A model generated the notes under the pieces. It ran no database searches, was not told where the DNA came from, and saw nothing but the letters and a program-made list of their open reading frames with translations. A stretch of DNA of 64,000 nt from an uncultured delta proteobacterium (GTDB lineage Bacteria > Myxococcota_A > Polyangia > Fen-1088): contig CAWCMR010000013.1 of assembly GCA_963796685.1 (NCBI GenBank), positions 128,001-192,000 of the forward strand. The letters are read 5' to 3'. A program made the translations under genes and the position numbers. Below, piece by piece: positions 9,274 to 21,792 of the stretch. The stretch's first letter is position 1; each line of letters begins with the position of its first letter.

Positions 9274-12200
9274 ATGACCAACGACATTTCCACTGCCCTA
9301 AAAACCTTGCGACTTTATCCGGAGGATGCCAAGGCGCTGGAGGCCCTCTCCGGTCTCGAGCTTCCCGAGCCCGAAACGGCCGACGCCGAGGAATTGGCCA
9401 AGGCGCTGGCCACGGAACGGGCCTTCCACGCGGACTGCAACAGTCCCGATTTGGTCGTTCGGCTCCTCGATCTCGAAGTCGCTTTGGCTCGCGACCCCGC
9501 GGTGCGCGCGGGGCTTCTCGTCGACAAGGCACGTATCCTATGGGGCGAGCTGTGGCAGTTCGAGCCCGCGCGCGCGGTGCTACGGCAGGCTCTCGAGTTG
9601 CTTCCGGAGCAGCCTGCCGCGGCGGCGATGCAGCGCGAGCTCGACGCCGAAGACTCGTCGTGGCAGGAGCAAGCAGAAGCCCTCTCGGCCCAGGCGGCCG
9701 ACGCGGGCGAACGGCCGGCGGCCTCGCCCTTGTTCGCGGCCGAGGGCGAGCTTTTGTTGCGTCATCGCTCCGTCACCGAGGAGGCCGAGGCCATGATTCG
9801 GCGCAGCTTGGAGCTCGATGCCAAAAATAGACGAGCGGATTTCGCGCTCGAGCGCTTGTTGCGGCGGGCTGACCGATGGATGCGAGCTCCGTGAGCATCT
9901 CGCGCGTCGAAGCGCGAACGCGGCCACGCACGAGCTCAAGTGCGCCGCCGAGCTTCTCCGCCGGCCGGCTGGCCGAAAAGATGGGCGATGCCGACCAGGC
10001 GCGGGAGCACTATCGGCTGGCGCTGTTGGCCGCTCCCGCCGACGAACGGGCCACCTTCGCCCTGGAGAACCTCTTCGCGGCCGGCGGCGACCCGGGCGAT
10101 TGGATCAAGATCTACGAGGCGGCCTTGCGCGCCGCCAAGCGCGGCCAGGCCGAGGTTCCTGCCGCCCTGGCGCTTGGCGAGCTGTACTGGAAACGTCTGA
10201 ACAGACTGGACGAGGCCGAACAGAGCTTTCGTCGGGTCAAGAAGGCGCAGCCCACCCATCCCAAGATCATCGCGTTCTACCGCGAGTACTACCTGTCGCG
10301 CGACGAGATCCCGCAGTTGTTGGCCCTTCTCGGTCAGGCCCAGAAGACCGAGACCGACCCCGAGGCGCGCATTCGCTTCGGCATCGAAATGGCCACCGTG
10401 GCCGAGCGTCGACCCCAGTTGGTCGAAAAGGCCATCGACGCCTGGAAGTTGCTCCTGCGCATCCGCCCGGGCTTGCCCGAGGCAGTCGAGGCCCTGCGCC
10501 GCCTGTACTCGAAGGCGGAGAAGTGGAACGCCCTGCTCGAGTTGCTCAAGGACCAGTGCGAGGCGCTCTCCGCCGGGGAGGTCGACCAGAAGGTCCAGTG
10601 CTACCTCGACATGGTTCCCATCTACCGCGATCGCCTCAAGCTCGAAGTGATGGTGATCAACACCTACGCCGCCATCCTGGCCCTGCGGCCCGATCACGCC
10701 GAGGCACTGGCCGCGCTGGCCGAGCGTTACGAGGCGCAGAGCCGCTGGGGAGATCTGGCCGGCGTGCTCATGCGCCAGGCCCAGGCCGTGTCCGATCCGG
10801 CCCGGAAGGTGGTGCTCTACCACCGTATCGCCAAGCTGTGGATCGAGAAGTTCGGCAACCACCACAACGCCATCGCGGCGCTGGAGAAGATCCTCGAGAT
10901 CGATGCCAAGGACGGGCAGGCGCGGACCACCCTGCGCGAGATCTACACCCGCGGGCGCTCGTGGCGAGCCCTCCTGGAGCTCTTCCGGCGCGAGCTTGCT
11001 TTCCTCGATTCGGAGGCTCGGCGCGCGCACTTGGCGGAAATGGCCGTGCTGGCCGCCGAGCGCCTGGCCGATTTGCGCCAAGCTATCGCTCTGTGGAACG
11101 AGGTGCTGGAGCTGGCCCCCGGCGACCGCGCCGCGGTGACCGCGCTGGCCGGGCTGTACGAACGCGAGAAGCGCTGGCCGGCCCTGGCCGAGATCCTCAT
11201 CCGACTCGCCGAATCCGCGGGCGGGGAGGGCAGCCCGGAGGGTTGTGCGCTGCTCGAACGCCGCGGTCTCATTCTGCTGGAAAAGCTGGGTGCGGGGCAG
11301 GCCGCGCTCGAAACCCTGCGCCGCGTGCACTCGGCCCAGCCCGAGAATCCGCGCGTCCTGCGCGCCCTGCGCGAAGCCTATTCGCAGACCGGCGACATCG
11401 AGGCGTTGGAATCGCTCTATTCCGTGCGCAACGCGTGGGACGACCTATGCGACGTGCTGTCGGGGCTCGCCGAACGCACCGCCGACATGCGCCTGCGCAC
11501 GCAGGCCTTCGAGCGCGTGGCCGACATCGCGCGCAACCGCCTGGGCCAGACCGAGCGGGTGATCAAGGCCTACGAAGGCATTCTGGCCACGGATCCGAGC
11601 AACCACGGCGTGGCCCGCCTGGCCGCCGAGCTGTACGAGAAGACCGAGCGATGGGGGCGCCTCATCGCCACGCTGGAGCTCCTGCTCGGCCCCGAGTCGG
11701 CACCCGCCCTCTCGCCCGAGGAAAGCTTGCCCATCCTAGAGCGGGCGCGCACCGTGTGCGAAACCAAGCTGCAGGCCAAGAGCCTGGCCTTCAAGTGGTG
11801 CGCTCGGGCCTACCGTCTGGCTCCGACCGACGCCCAGGTTCGGTCCGATTTGGAACGCCTCGGCGGCGAGGCCGAGGAATGGGACATGCTGCTCGCGCTC
11901 TTGATCGAGCGACAGGGCATGGGCGGAAAGACCGGTCCGAGCGCCGAGGAGCGTCTGTACCTTCTGCGCCGTTGTCTCCATCTGCTGGTGTCCCACGTGG
12001 ACAACCCGGTCGATCTGCAACGCTTCGCCGAGACCATCCTGGCCGAGTCCCCCGGCGATCCCGACGCCGAGCTCGCGCTCATCAAGCTCTTCACCGAGAA
12101 AGAGCGCTGGTCCGAGCTCGTGGCCTTGCAGCAAGCACGGCAGCGGCACGTGGCCGACCCCTCGCTGCGCTCCGAGGCCCTGCTGCGCATCGCCCGCATC

Positions 12201-15200
12201 GAGGAAGAGAAGCTCGGCGACCAGAAGGCCGCCACGCGCAGTCTGCAGGAGGCGGTGCAGGTCGAGCCCGAGAACCTGCGCGCCCTGCGCGAGCTGGCGC
12301 GTCTTCTCGAAGAACAGGGCGATTTTCGCAGCTTGACCGCGGTGCTCGGGCGCCAGGCAGCGCTCAGCAGCGACAACCAGCGCGCCGCCGCTCTGCTTCG
12401 TCTCGGCAGGGTCTACGAACGCGAGCTCGGCGAGCACAAGGAAGCGACCCAGGCCTATCTCGAAGCCCTCGAGATCGACAACATCGCCAGCGGGGCGGTG
12501 GAGGGCTTGGAGCGTTTGTTCGCCGCCAACGCGATTCGCAGCGAAGACATCGCGGCCGTGGCAGGGCGCCTCGCGCCTTACTACGAGCTGACCGAGGATT
12601 ACACCAAATGGGCGGAGACCCTGGAATCCCTGGTCCGCGTCGCCAAGAGCGAAGCCGAACGCAGGGGCCACCTCGAAATGTTGGCCGACCTTTACGCCGG
12701 CCCGCTCGGCGATGCCACGGCCGCCTACAGTGCGGTCCAGCGCATCTTCGAGATCGAGCCCGCCAACCACGCCACCCGGGAGCGACTGGTCCAGTTGGCC
12801 GAGCTGGTGGGCAAGTTGCCCGAAATCGCGGAGAGCGCCCGTCGCGTCTTGGCGACCGCCAGCGAGCCGACCCTGCGCCAGGAGCTGCTCATGCTGGTGG
12901 CGGATGTCGAGGAACGGCAGCCCGAACGACTGAGCGACGCCGAAGCGGCGCTGCGCGAGGTGCTGGAGATCGATCCCTTGCACCTCGGCGCGTATCGAAC
13001 CCTGTGCCGCATCTGCAAGGACTCCGAGCGCTGGAGCGCCTTGCGCGACATCATCTCCGAACGCGAGAAGCACATCCCGGACACCAAGCAGCGGGTCGAG
13101 CTGCTCTGGCAGATCATCGAAATCGACGAGGGGCTGCTCTACGACCGGCCCAATGCCACCGCCACCTTGATGCGCATCATCGAGCTCGATCACGGCGATC
13201 TCAAGGCGTACCGCATTCTCGAACGCCACTACACCGAGGCGCAGAAATGGCGGGAGCTCGACAACCTGTTGCAAACCGAAATCTCGTTGGTGTCCCGCAA
13301 CGATGTCGCCGACCTCAAGGCGCGTCGGGCGGAGCTGGCTCTGACCCGCTTCGAGGACGCCGCCGGGGCGCTGCACTTCGTGGCCGAGGTCCTCGACATG
13401 GTCCCCGCGCACGCACAGGCCGTCCCGCTGCTCGAGCGCGCGCTTCAGGTTCCGAGCGAGCGGCATCGTGCCGCGGACATGCTGGATGCGCTCTATGTCG
13501 CCAGCGGCAATTGGGCTCGGCTGGTCGAGATTCTGGATATCGAGAAGGAAGCCCTCGACGGAGCCGCCGCGATCTCCTTGCTCATGCGCAAGGCCGAGCT
13601 GCAGGAAAGCAAGCTCGATGCGCAGGCGCAGGCGCTCGACACTTGGCGCGCCGTCCTTGACCTCGACGCCCACGCCGAACGGGCGCTCTCCGAGGCGGAG
13701 CGGCTAGGTTTGGCGCTTGGCCGGCACGGCGACCTCATCGCCATGTACCAGGCCATGGCGGAGAAACGCGATCCCTCGGACGTGGCGGGCATCGCCGACC
13801 TGCTCACGCGCGCTGCCAGACTGTGCATGGCGCACGTCGCCGACCGCAAGGCCGCCATCGCGGCTTGGCGCCGCGTGCTCGATTTGGATCCGGGCAACGC
13901 CGACACGGGGGCCAAGGCGGCCGAGGCACTCAAGCTGCTCTACACCGAGGCCGACGACATGGCCGGGCTGGTTCACGTGCTCTCCACCCGGGCCGAGTGG
14001 ACGAACGATGCCGGCGTGCGTGGGCGGATCCTTCTGCGCGTCGCCGATCTGCAAGAGAACCGCCTGGACCAGATCGCCGCGGCCGTGGAAACGTATCGCG
14101 GCTTGTCCGACGGCGAGGGCGAGGTTGCCACCCAGGCCTTCGACAACCTGGACCGTATTTTCCAAAAGACCAAGCAGGCGCGCGAGCGCGTCGACCTGCT
14201 CAAGCGGCGACTCGATCACCTGGATGCCACCGCCCGCCGGGCCATGCGCTTCCAGATCGCCACGATTTTGGAAAAGGAGCTTGCGGATCTCGACGAAGCC
14301 GTGGCCGCGATTCGCCCCATCCTCGACGATTTGCCCGAGGATCGCGAGGCCCTTACCACGCTCGCGCGCCTGTACCAGACGGCGGGCGTGCCGGCCGAGC
14401 ACCTGGAAGTGCTCGAACGGTTGTTGGCCGTGGCGACCGGCGACGGTGAACGCATCGATCTGCTGCGCCAGATCGCGGGCCTTTTGCAAGGACCGCTCGG
14501 CCGCCAGGCCGAGGCGCTCGACAGATGGCGCGAGATCCTGCGCCTGGCCCCGAAGGATCCGAACGCCATGGCCGAGATGGAAGGCCTGCTCGCTGGCGAC
14601 GATGTGAGCTTGCGTTTCGCCGCCGCCGAGACGCTGGAGCCCATCTACGCCAAAGCCGGCGATCACGCGCGTCTGGCGGAGATCCTGCGCGTGTTCATCG
14701 CGCTGGCCGAGGATGGGACCACCCGCGCCACCTATCGTGCACGCCTGGCCGGAATCGAGGAGGTCCAACTCGGCGACAAGAAGGCCGCGTTCAAGACCTG
14801 GGCCGCGGCCATCAAGGACGCCACCAACGACCCCGAGCTGGACCGACTGCTCGACGCCTACGAACGCCTGGCCGGGGCGCTCGGTCCGGACACCATTCTC
14901 GACATCGTGGATCTCTACCGCGCCATCGAGCCCGACATCCTGGCCGACACCACCCGCATGCGCGTCCAGCAGACCATCGCCCAGTACGCCATCAAGCTCG
15001 GCGATCTGCCGGTGGCGACGGATTACTACAACCGCATCGTCGAGCGTCGACCCGACGACGACAACGCGCTCGCGGCGCTGGAAAGCATCTACGAAGAGCG
15101 CTCCGAAAACGAACAGCTCTACGAGGTGGTGTTGCGACGTGCCGACCTGGCCCGGAGCGCAAAGGCCGAACAGGCCTTGCGTCGTCGGGCCGCGGTTCTG

Positions 15201-18200
15201 GCCCAGAAACTGGAGCGTCACGAGGACGCCATCTCGGCTTGGGAGCGCGTGTGGTCGATGAACAGCGGTAATGCCGAGGCGGTGGCCGCGCTCGACGGGC
15301 TGTACACGACGCTGGGCCGCTGGGACGACCTGACCAATCTCATCGAGCGTTGTCTCGAGCACGGCGTGCCGGCCGGGGTGGCCATCGACCTGCGCTTCCG
15401 GCTGGCCGAGATCCAGCGCGTGCAATTGGCCAACCGTCCCCGCGCCATCGACTACCTGGGCATGGTGCTGGCAAGCGAGCCCGATCACGCCAAGGCCATC
15501 GAGATTCTGCAGGAGATGCTTTCCGATCCCGAGGTCTGCGTCGACGCGGCCAATCTGCTCGAGCCGGTCTACATCCGCCGCAACGCCTGGAAGGATCTGG
15601 TCGGCATCGACAGCTTGCGACTCAAGTTCAGCGAGGATCCCGAGCTGCGCCTGGCCTGGACGCAACGGATCGCGCAAGTCTACGAAGAGCAGATCGAGGA
15701 TCTGGACGAGGCCTTCAACTGGTACAGCCGCGTCTTCCAGGAGCGGCCCACGGACGTGGCGGCGCAAGAACAGCTTCTACGTCTGGCGCCCAAGCAGAAT
15801 CGCTGGCGCGATCTGGGCCGGCTGCTCGACGAATACCTCGACAACGAGCTGGCGAATTCGGACGAGGTGCTGGCCCTGGTCCGCATCGCCATCCGGGTCT
15901 ACGACCTCAAGCTCGGCGACCGCGACAGCGCGCGACGGCACTACCGCCGCAACCTCCAAGCCCTGCCGGGCGACCGCGAGGCGAGCCGGCTCTACGAGGA
16001 AGCCCTCGAGCGCTGGGAAGCGTGGGGCGAGCTGCGCGATCTGCTCGACGAGCAGGCACGCCTGGTCGAGACGGCCAAGGACAAGGTGGCGCTTCTTCAT
16101 CGCAGCGCCGCTCTCAGCGACGAGAAGCTCGGCGAGCAGTCGGCGGCCATCGATGCCTTGCGTGCGATTCTGGAAATCGCGCCGGACGACCAACGGGCGG
16201 CCCTCGACCTCGGTCGCTTGCTCGGCCGCGAGGAGCGCTGGGAGGATTTGCGCGATCACTTGGTGTGGATGCTGGCGCGCGCCGACGAGGCGCACGCCAA
16301 GGACGCGCTGACGCTGGAATTGGCCAAGGTCGAGAGCGAGCATCTCGCCAGTTCTTCCATGGCCGTGGACCACTATGGCGAGGTGCTGGCGCGCACGCCG
16401 GCCAATCTCGACGCCATCGCCGCGCTCGAAACCTTGCTGGGCGAAAGCGAGCTGCGCGCGCGCGTGGCCGAGCTGCTGGAGCCGGCCTTTCGCACCATTC
16501 GTGACCTGCGCAAGCTGGCCGATACCTTGGAGATCCGCCTGGAGACGCTGGACGACCCTGGGCGGCGCATCGCGGCCCTGCGCGAGATCGCGACCATCGA
16601 GATGCACCTCGGCCGTCCGGTCGAGGCCATGGCCGCGCGCGGGCGGGCCTGGCTGGAAGACGTGACCAACGCCGAGACCCTGGTCGAGGTCGAGGCCCAG
16701 GCCGCCGCGCTCAATGCCTTCGAGCGCCTGGTCGAGGTCCTGGACAAGGGCGTTGAAATGACCATGGATCCCGATCTGCGCGGCGATCTGTGCGCCTTCA
16801 AGGCCAACATTCTCGACGCGCGACTGGCCTCGCCCGAGCGGGCCATCGAGGCCTGGCGGCAGGCGTTGGTGGCGCGGCCGGATCACCAGGATGCCTTCGT
16901 CGCGCTCGAACGCCTGCTGGGCGACGCGAACCGCATCGCCGAGCTTTGCGAAACCCTGGAGAAGCACGCCGAGGTCGTGGTCGAGGCTCCGCAGCGCGAA
17001 GCCCTGATCAAGCGTGTCGCTTCCCTTTACGAAACACCGCTCGGCGATCTGGCCAAGGCCATCTCGGCGTGGCGCTCGGTCCTGGATCTGGACCAGGAAA
17101 ACCTGGACGCGCTGGATGCGCTGTCGCGCCTTTACGCAGCCACCGAGGATTGGCAGAACCTGGTCGAGATCTTGCAGCACAAGATCGATTGCACCAAGGA
17201 CACGCAACTCCTGCGTGCCCTGCACTACCAGGCGGCCGAATTGCTCGACACCAAGCTGGAGCAGATCTCCGAGGCCGCGGAGCACTTGCGGCGCATCCTC
17301 GAGGTCACGCCCGACGACGCCGACGCTCTCGACATGCTGGCCAGCATCTTCGTGCGCGAAAAGCAGCACGCCGAGCTGGTCGATGTTCTCGACCGACGCG
17401 CCCGCATGATGAAGGTCGAGCATGAGCGCGACACCCTGCTTTACCAGGCGGCCCATGTCACCGAGCACGAGCTGCTCGATCTGCCCGAGGCCATTGCGCG
17501 TTACCGCCGCATCCTCGAAGGCAATCCGGTACACGCCGAATCCCGCGCGGCGCTGTGGGCCCTGGCGCGCGGCGAAGACAGCCGCCTGCTGGCCATCGAC
17601 GCGCTCGAACCCTTGCTTCGCTTGGGCCAAGAGTGGCAACCTTTGTGCGAGATCCTCGAGCTCCGGCTCTCGGTCACGGACGCGCCGGGCGAGCGGCAGG
17701 ATATCTTGGCCGACATAGCCCAGGTGCAGGAGGCCGCGCTCGGCGATACCGCAGCAACCTTCGCGACCTGGGCTCGCGCGCTGGCCGACGATCCAAGCAG
17801 CCAGCATGCGCGCGCGGCTCTCGCACGGCTTGCCGAGGCGGCTTCGAACATGGCCGGGCTCGCGCAGGTCTACGAGGAGCGGCTCAAGGCGGTCTACGAC
17901 AGCGAATTGCAGCGCTGGTACGGCAGTCGATTGGCCGACCTCTACGAGACCAAGCTGGGCAATCCCGAGCGCGCGGTCGAGCTGTGGCGCGAGATCGAGA
18001 TGTTGCCAGGCTCCGAGGCCATGGCCTTGGCCAGACAGGAAACCATTCTGCGCAGCCTGGGCAGAATGCAGGACCTGGCCGACGTGCTGACACGCGAGGC
18101 GGAGGTCGCCCCCGATCCCAACGTTCAAGGGGAATTCTGGGCCACCCTGGGCGAGCTGCGCCTGGGCGCGCTCGCCGATCGCGACGGTGCCATCGCCGCC

Positions 18201-20511
18201 TTCCACTCGGCCCTGGACTGCGCGCCCAAGCAGGCGCGGGCGATTGCGGCTCTGCGCACCTTGGTCCTCGGCCCCGAGCCGCCGGTGGAGGCGCTCGACA
18301 TCCTCGAACCCTTGGCGGAAGAGCAAAACCAATTCACGGAGCTGGTGGCCCTGCTCGAAGCGCGTCTCACCATCGTGGACGATGCAGGCGACCAGGCGAG
18401 CCTGCTCGGGCGGATCGCCGAGATCTGCGAAGTCAGGTTGAACGATCTGCCCCGGGCGCTGGACTTCCTTGGTCGCGCCCTGGTGGCGGAGCCCGCCTCG
18501 CCCATGACGGTGGAACGCCTCGAACGCGTGGCCGAGCAGGCCGGCACGCCGGTGGAGGCCGCCAAGCGTATCGAGGCGGTCCTCGACGCCGTCGACCCGC
18601 TGCTCTTTGCCGACATGGCGTCCAGGGCCGCCCGATTGTATTTGCGCGGGGCCGAGGTTACGCCCGCCAGTGAGGACGCCGCCCTGCAACTCTACACGCG
18701 TATTCTCGAGGCCGAGCCCGAGAACACGACGGCCCTGGAAGCCCTGGACGCGCTTTACCGCCGACGCGGCGACAACCTGCGACTGGCCGAGATCATCGAG
18801 AGACGGGGCGCCGTGGAGCTCGAATCCCTCGCGTCGGTTGGCGCTTTACGCGGAGGCCGCCAGCTTGCACGAGGGCATCGGCAATCTCGCCGCCGCCATC
18901 GCGGCCTGGCGAGCGGGCCATGAGGGCGACGAAGCCAACCAGACCGCGATGGACGAGCTGTCCCGACTCTACGAAGCGGCAGGGGAGCGCGAGAACCAGG
19001 TCGAGATTCTGCGCGAGAAGGCAAGAATGCTCGACGACAACGGACAGCGTTGCGCGGTGCTCATGAAGGTGGCCTCGATCAAGTCCGGACCACTCGGCGA
19101 CGTAGAAGGTGCCGCTGAAGCCGTAAGAGACGCGCTCGATGCCGATCCCCAGGATTTGTCGGCCCTGGCGGCCCTGGTAGAGCTCGAAGAGCGGCGTGGG
19201 GACTTCGCGGCCTTGGAAGAGGCGCTCCTGCGCCAGTCCTCGGTGCTGGGTGGCCCCGAGCTGATTTCGGTTCTGGCGAAGCTGGCCCAAAACGCCGCCG
19301 AACGCTTGGCGGATTCGGATCGCGCGCTGGTGTATCTGCAGCAGATCCTGGCCGCGGATCCGGGGAATCGCGCTGCCTTCGACGAGACCGCGCGACTGCT
19401 CACCGCACTCGAGCGTTGGCACGAGCTCATCGAGCTGCTCGAACGCGGAGCCGATGCCGAGGCCCGGCAAGGCAACCGTGCCGCGGAGCTCGGTTATCGC
19501 GTGCAAGTGGCCGCCATCTGGGGCGAGAAGCTCGGCGCCGAGGACAGCGCCCTCGAGGCGTTGCAGGCGGTCCTGGCCAGCGATCCGGAGCATGTTCCTT
19601 CATTGATGGCGGTGGCGCGTATTCACGAGAACCGGGAGAATTGGCAAGAGGCGAGCCAGGCCCTGGAAAAGGCGGCCAAGGCAGCGTCGTCACCGCGGGA
19701 CAAGGCCGACGTGCTTTGCCGACGGGCGGCGATTCTGGCCGCGACCGGGGCCAAGCCCGAAGAGCTCGTGGCGATGTACCAGGCGGCCGTTTCCAACGAT
19801 CCGACGTGGCTGCCAGCCATCGCGGCCCTCGAGGCCCTGGCGCGCAAGACCACCAACCACGCGCTGCTGGTCGCGCAGCTCTTGGCCCGGCTCGAGCTGG
19901 AAAAGGACGAGGCCAAGCAGAAGACGATCCTGTCCGAAGTGGCTTCGCTGTACCTCGGCCCCCTCGGCAAGCCCGGCGAGGCCGTCGCGCCCATCGAGCG
20001 CCTGGCCAAGATGTCCCCGGGCGATCTCTCGGTGGAAGAGAGCCTGGGACGTGCCCTGATTGCCTCCGGTCGCGTGGACGAGGGCGAGTTCACCCTCGGT
20101 CAACTCGTCGAGAAGCTGGGCAAGGCCAGACGACAAAAGGACGTGGCCCGGCTGCAGTTCATGCTGGGCGGCTTCGCCGAGACGCGCGGGGATTGGGCGA
20201 CCGCCAAACAGCGCTACGTCGCGGCCTACCAGATCGACCCGACCCAGGCCGGGGTGCTCGGGGCACTGTCGCGCCTGTCGATTCGGCAACGCGACGGCGA
20301 ATCCGCCCGCCGCTACCTGCGCACGCTCTTGCTGCAGAGCTTCGACGAGAAGGCCGCAGGGATTACCAAGGCCGAGGTCTACCTTGCCCTGGGCAACCTG
20401 CACCGCGAAGCCGGCGAGAACCCGAAGGCACGCAACATGTTCGAGCGCGGCCTCGAAACCGATCCGAGGAGCGAAGCCCTGAAGCAAGCCCTGGCCTCGA
20501 CGCCGAAGTAG
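9274..20511 (+). CDS. Giant (~3,740 aa) TPR-repeat protein, AgmK-like; split by three apparent frameshifts (~9880, ~9955, ~18823)
   Basis: Continuous TPR-like helical repeats (A...L..LY...RW..L) across ORFs 9022, 9818 (short piece), 9876 and 18607. At ~18823 removing one A restores ELD-PSRRLALY. Size and repeat style resemble myxobacterial AgmK-type proteins. Confidence 0.8.
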
Positions 20512-20514
20512 GAA

Positions 20515-20549
20515 AGGAGAGGGCACAGAGGCGGAAGAGGGCACAGAGG
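20515..20549 (+). repeat. Direct repeat AGAGGGCACAGAGG x2 just after the TPR-gene stop
   Basis: Copies at 20518-20531 and 20536-20549; same motif family as 7684-7703. Confidence 0.75.
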
Positions 20550-20565
20550 TCGGAGGTGCAGGTTC

Positions 20566-21792
20566 CTACCCGGACGGCGTTGGCCGTGTAGCCACTGCCT
20601 CTATCCGCGCCAGCACGGCGCGGGCATTCATGGTTCGGGCGTAGACGTAGAGGGCGGCGGCGGTGTCGTCGGCGAGGACTTCTTCGCTCACGCGCAGGTG
20701 TTTGCCGACCGCGAAGACGATGGGCTGGGGCAAGCCGGCGGTGGCCATCTCGACGCGTTTCCAGACCGCGTCCCGGCTCCAGAAGCCGAGCACTTCCAGA
20801 TAGACCCGCTGGCCGGTTTCGCGATGGATGAATTCCAGGTCGGGCACGCACAGGCCGATGCCCGGCAGATCGAGAATGGCGTCGGCGGTCGATGCTTGCC
20901 AGGGCGATTCCTGGGCTTGCAGGTCGGCCAGCAGCCTTTGGACTTCATCGGGTAGCTCGGCGCGGGCGTCCACGGTTGAACCACCGGAATCACCGCGCGC
21001 GTGGTAGCGCAATGGCCGGCGGTCTTTGCCCCAGCGTAGCTCGGCGTTCACATCCCAGGTGTCGCAGGCCATGAGCACGGGCAGGGCCAGTGCGAGCTTG
21101 AGGCCGTATTTCGTCGTTTGCTCGAAGAGACTGAAGGGACCGTCGATATCGATGGCGTAGCCGGCCTCGCGTTCGAGCCTTTGCGTGGTGTAGAGCAGGC
21201 GGTGGAACTTGAGGGAGCGGAACAGCGTTCGGTAGCCGGTCGGCCTAGCACAGTGCACGCGCGCGTGCAGCCGCACGGCCCGCAAGAGCACGGCCTGGTG
21301 CTGCGCCAGATCGTAGACGGAAAGCAGCCCGTCCGGGGAGGGCAGGTCGGCCTTGCGCAAGATATGGGCGGTGGGCAGATCGGCGTAGAGCGCCTCTTCG
21401 ATGACCTCTGTCTCCAGGCCCCGGGCCTTCGCGATTTCCTCCACCAAATCGGCGCGCACGAAAGCGCCCGCGGCGCCCCGACGCACGCTGGCGGCCCGGC
21501 TGAAGATTTCGCGACGCAATTCGACCGGATCGACGGCGGTGCCTTCGTCGAATTCGCACCGGTCGAGGGCAAGCTTGAACAGGGCGCGGGCCAGGCGCAT
21601 CTCCGCCGGCTCGACCGCGATCTGGGCCCAGGCTTCGAGCAGAGCACCGCGTGGCAGTCCGACATGCGCGCGCACCACGGCGAGCGCGCTGGTGGCGAGC
21701 GCGCGGGCGCGCGGGCGCTCGGGGTCGGTCAACGCGACGACGTGCAGGCGATCGCCGCGCCTTCGGACATGGACGAGATCAGCGGTAAGCAA
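20566..21792 (-). CDS. DUF790 family protein (Bax1-like endonuclease)
   Basis: N-terminal MLTADL, ALYADL, YDLAQHQAVL, IDGPFSLF..TTKYG and VPDLEF...YLEVLGFW nuclease-like motifs; overlaps the upstream helicase gene. Confidence 0.8.
   Translation of the reverse strand: MLTADLVHVRRRGDRLHVVALTDPERPRARALATSALAVVRAHVGLPRGALLEAWAQIAVEPAEMRLARALFKLALDRCEFDEGTAVDPVELRREIFSRAASVRRGAAGAFVRADLVEEIAKARGLETEVIEEALYADLPTAHILRKADLPSPDGLLSVYDLAQHQAVLLRAVRLHARVHCARPTGYRTLFRSLKFHRLLYTTQRLEREAGYAIDIDGPFSLFEQTTKYGLKLALALPVLMACDTWDVNAELRWGKDRRPLRYHARGDSGGSTVDARAELPDEVQRLLADLQAQESPWQASTADAILDLPGIGLCVPDLEFIHRETGQRVYLEVLGFWSRDAVWKRVEMATAGLPQPIVFAVGKHLRVSEEVLADDTAAALYVYARTMNARAVLARIEAVATRPTPSG

Noticed and set aside
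9818-18689. Long alternative-frame and antisense ORFs (1280, 645, 687 and 970 aa) within the TPR gene
   Set aside because: Shadow ORFs of a GC-rich gene. Only ~25 codons of the 9818 frame (about 9883-9955) appear to be genuinely coding.
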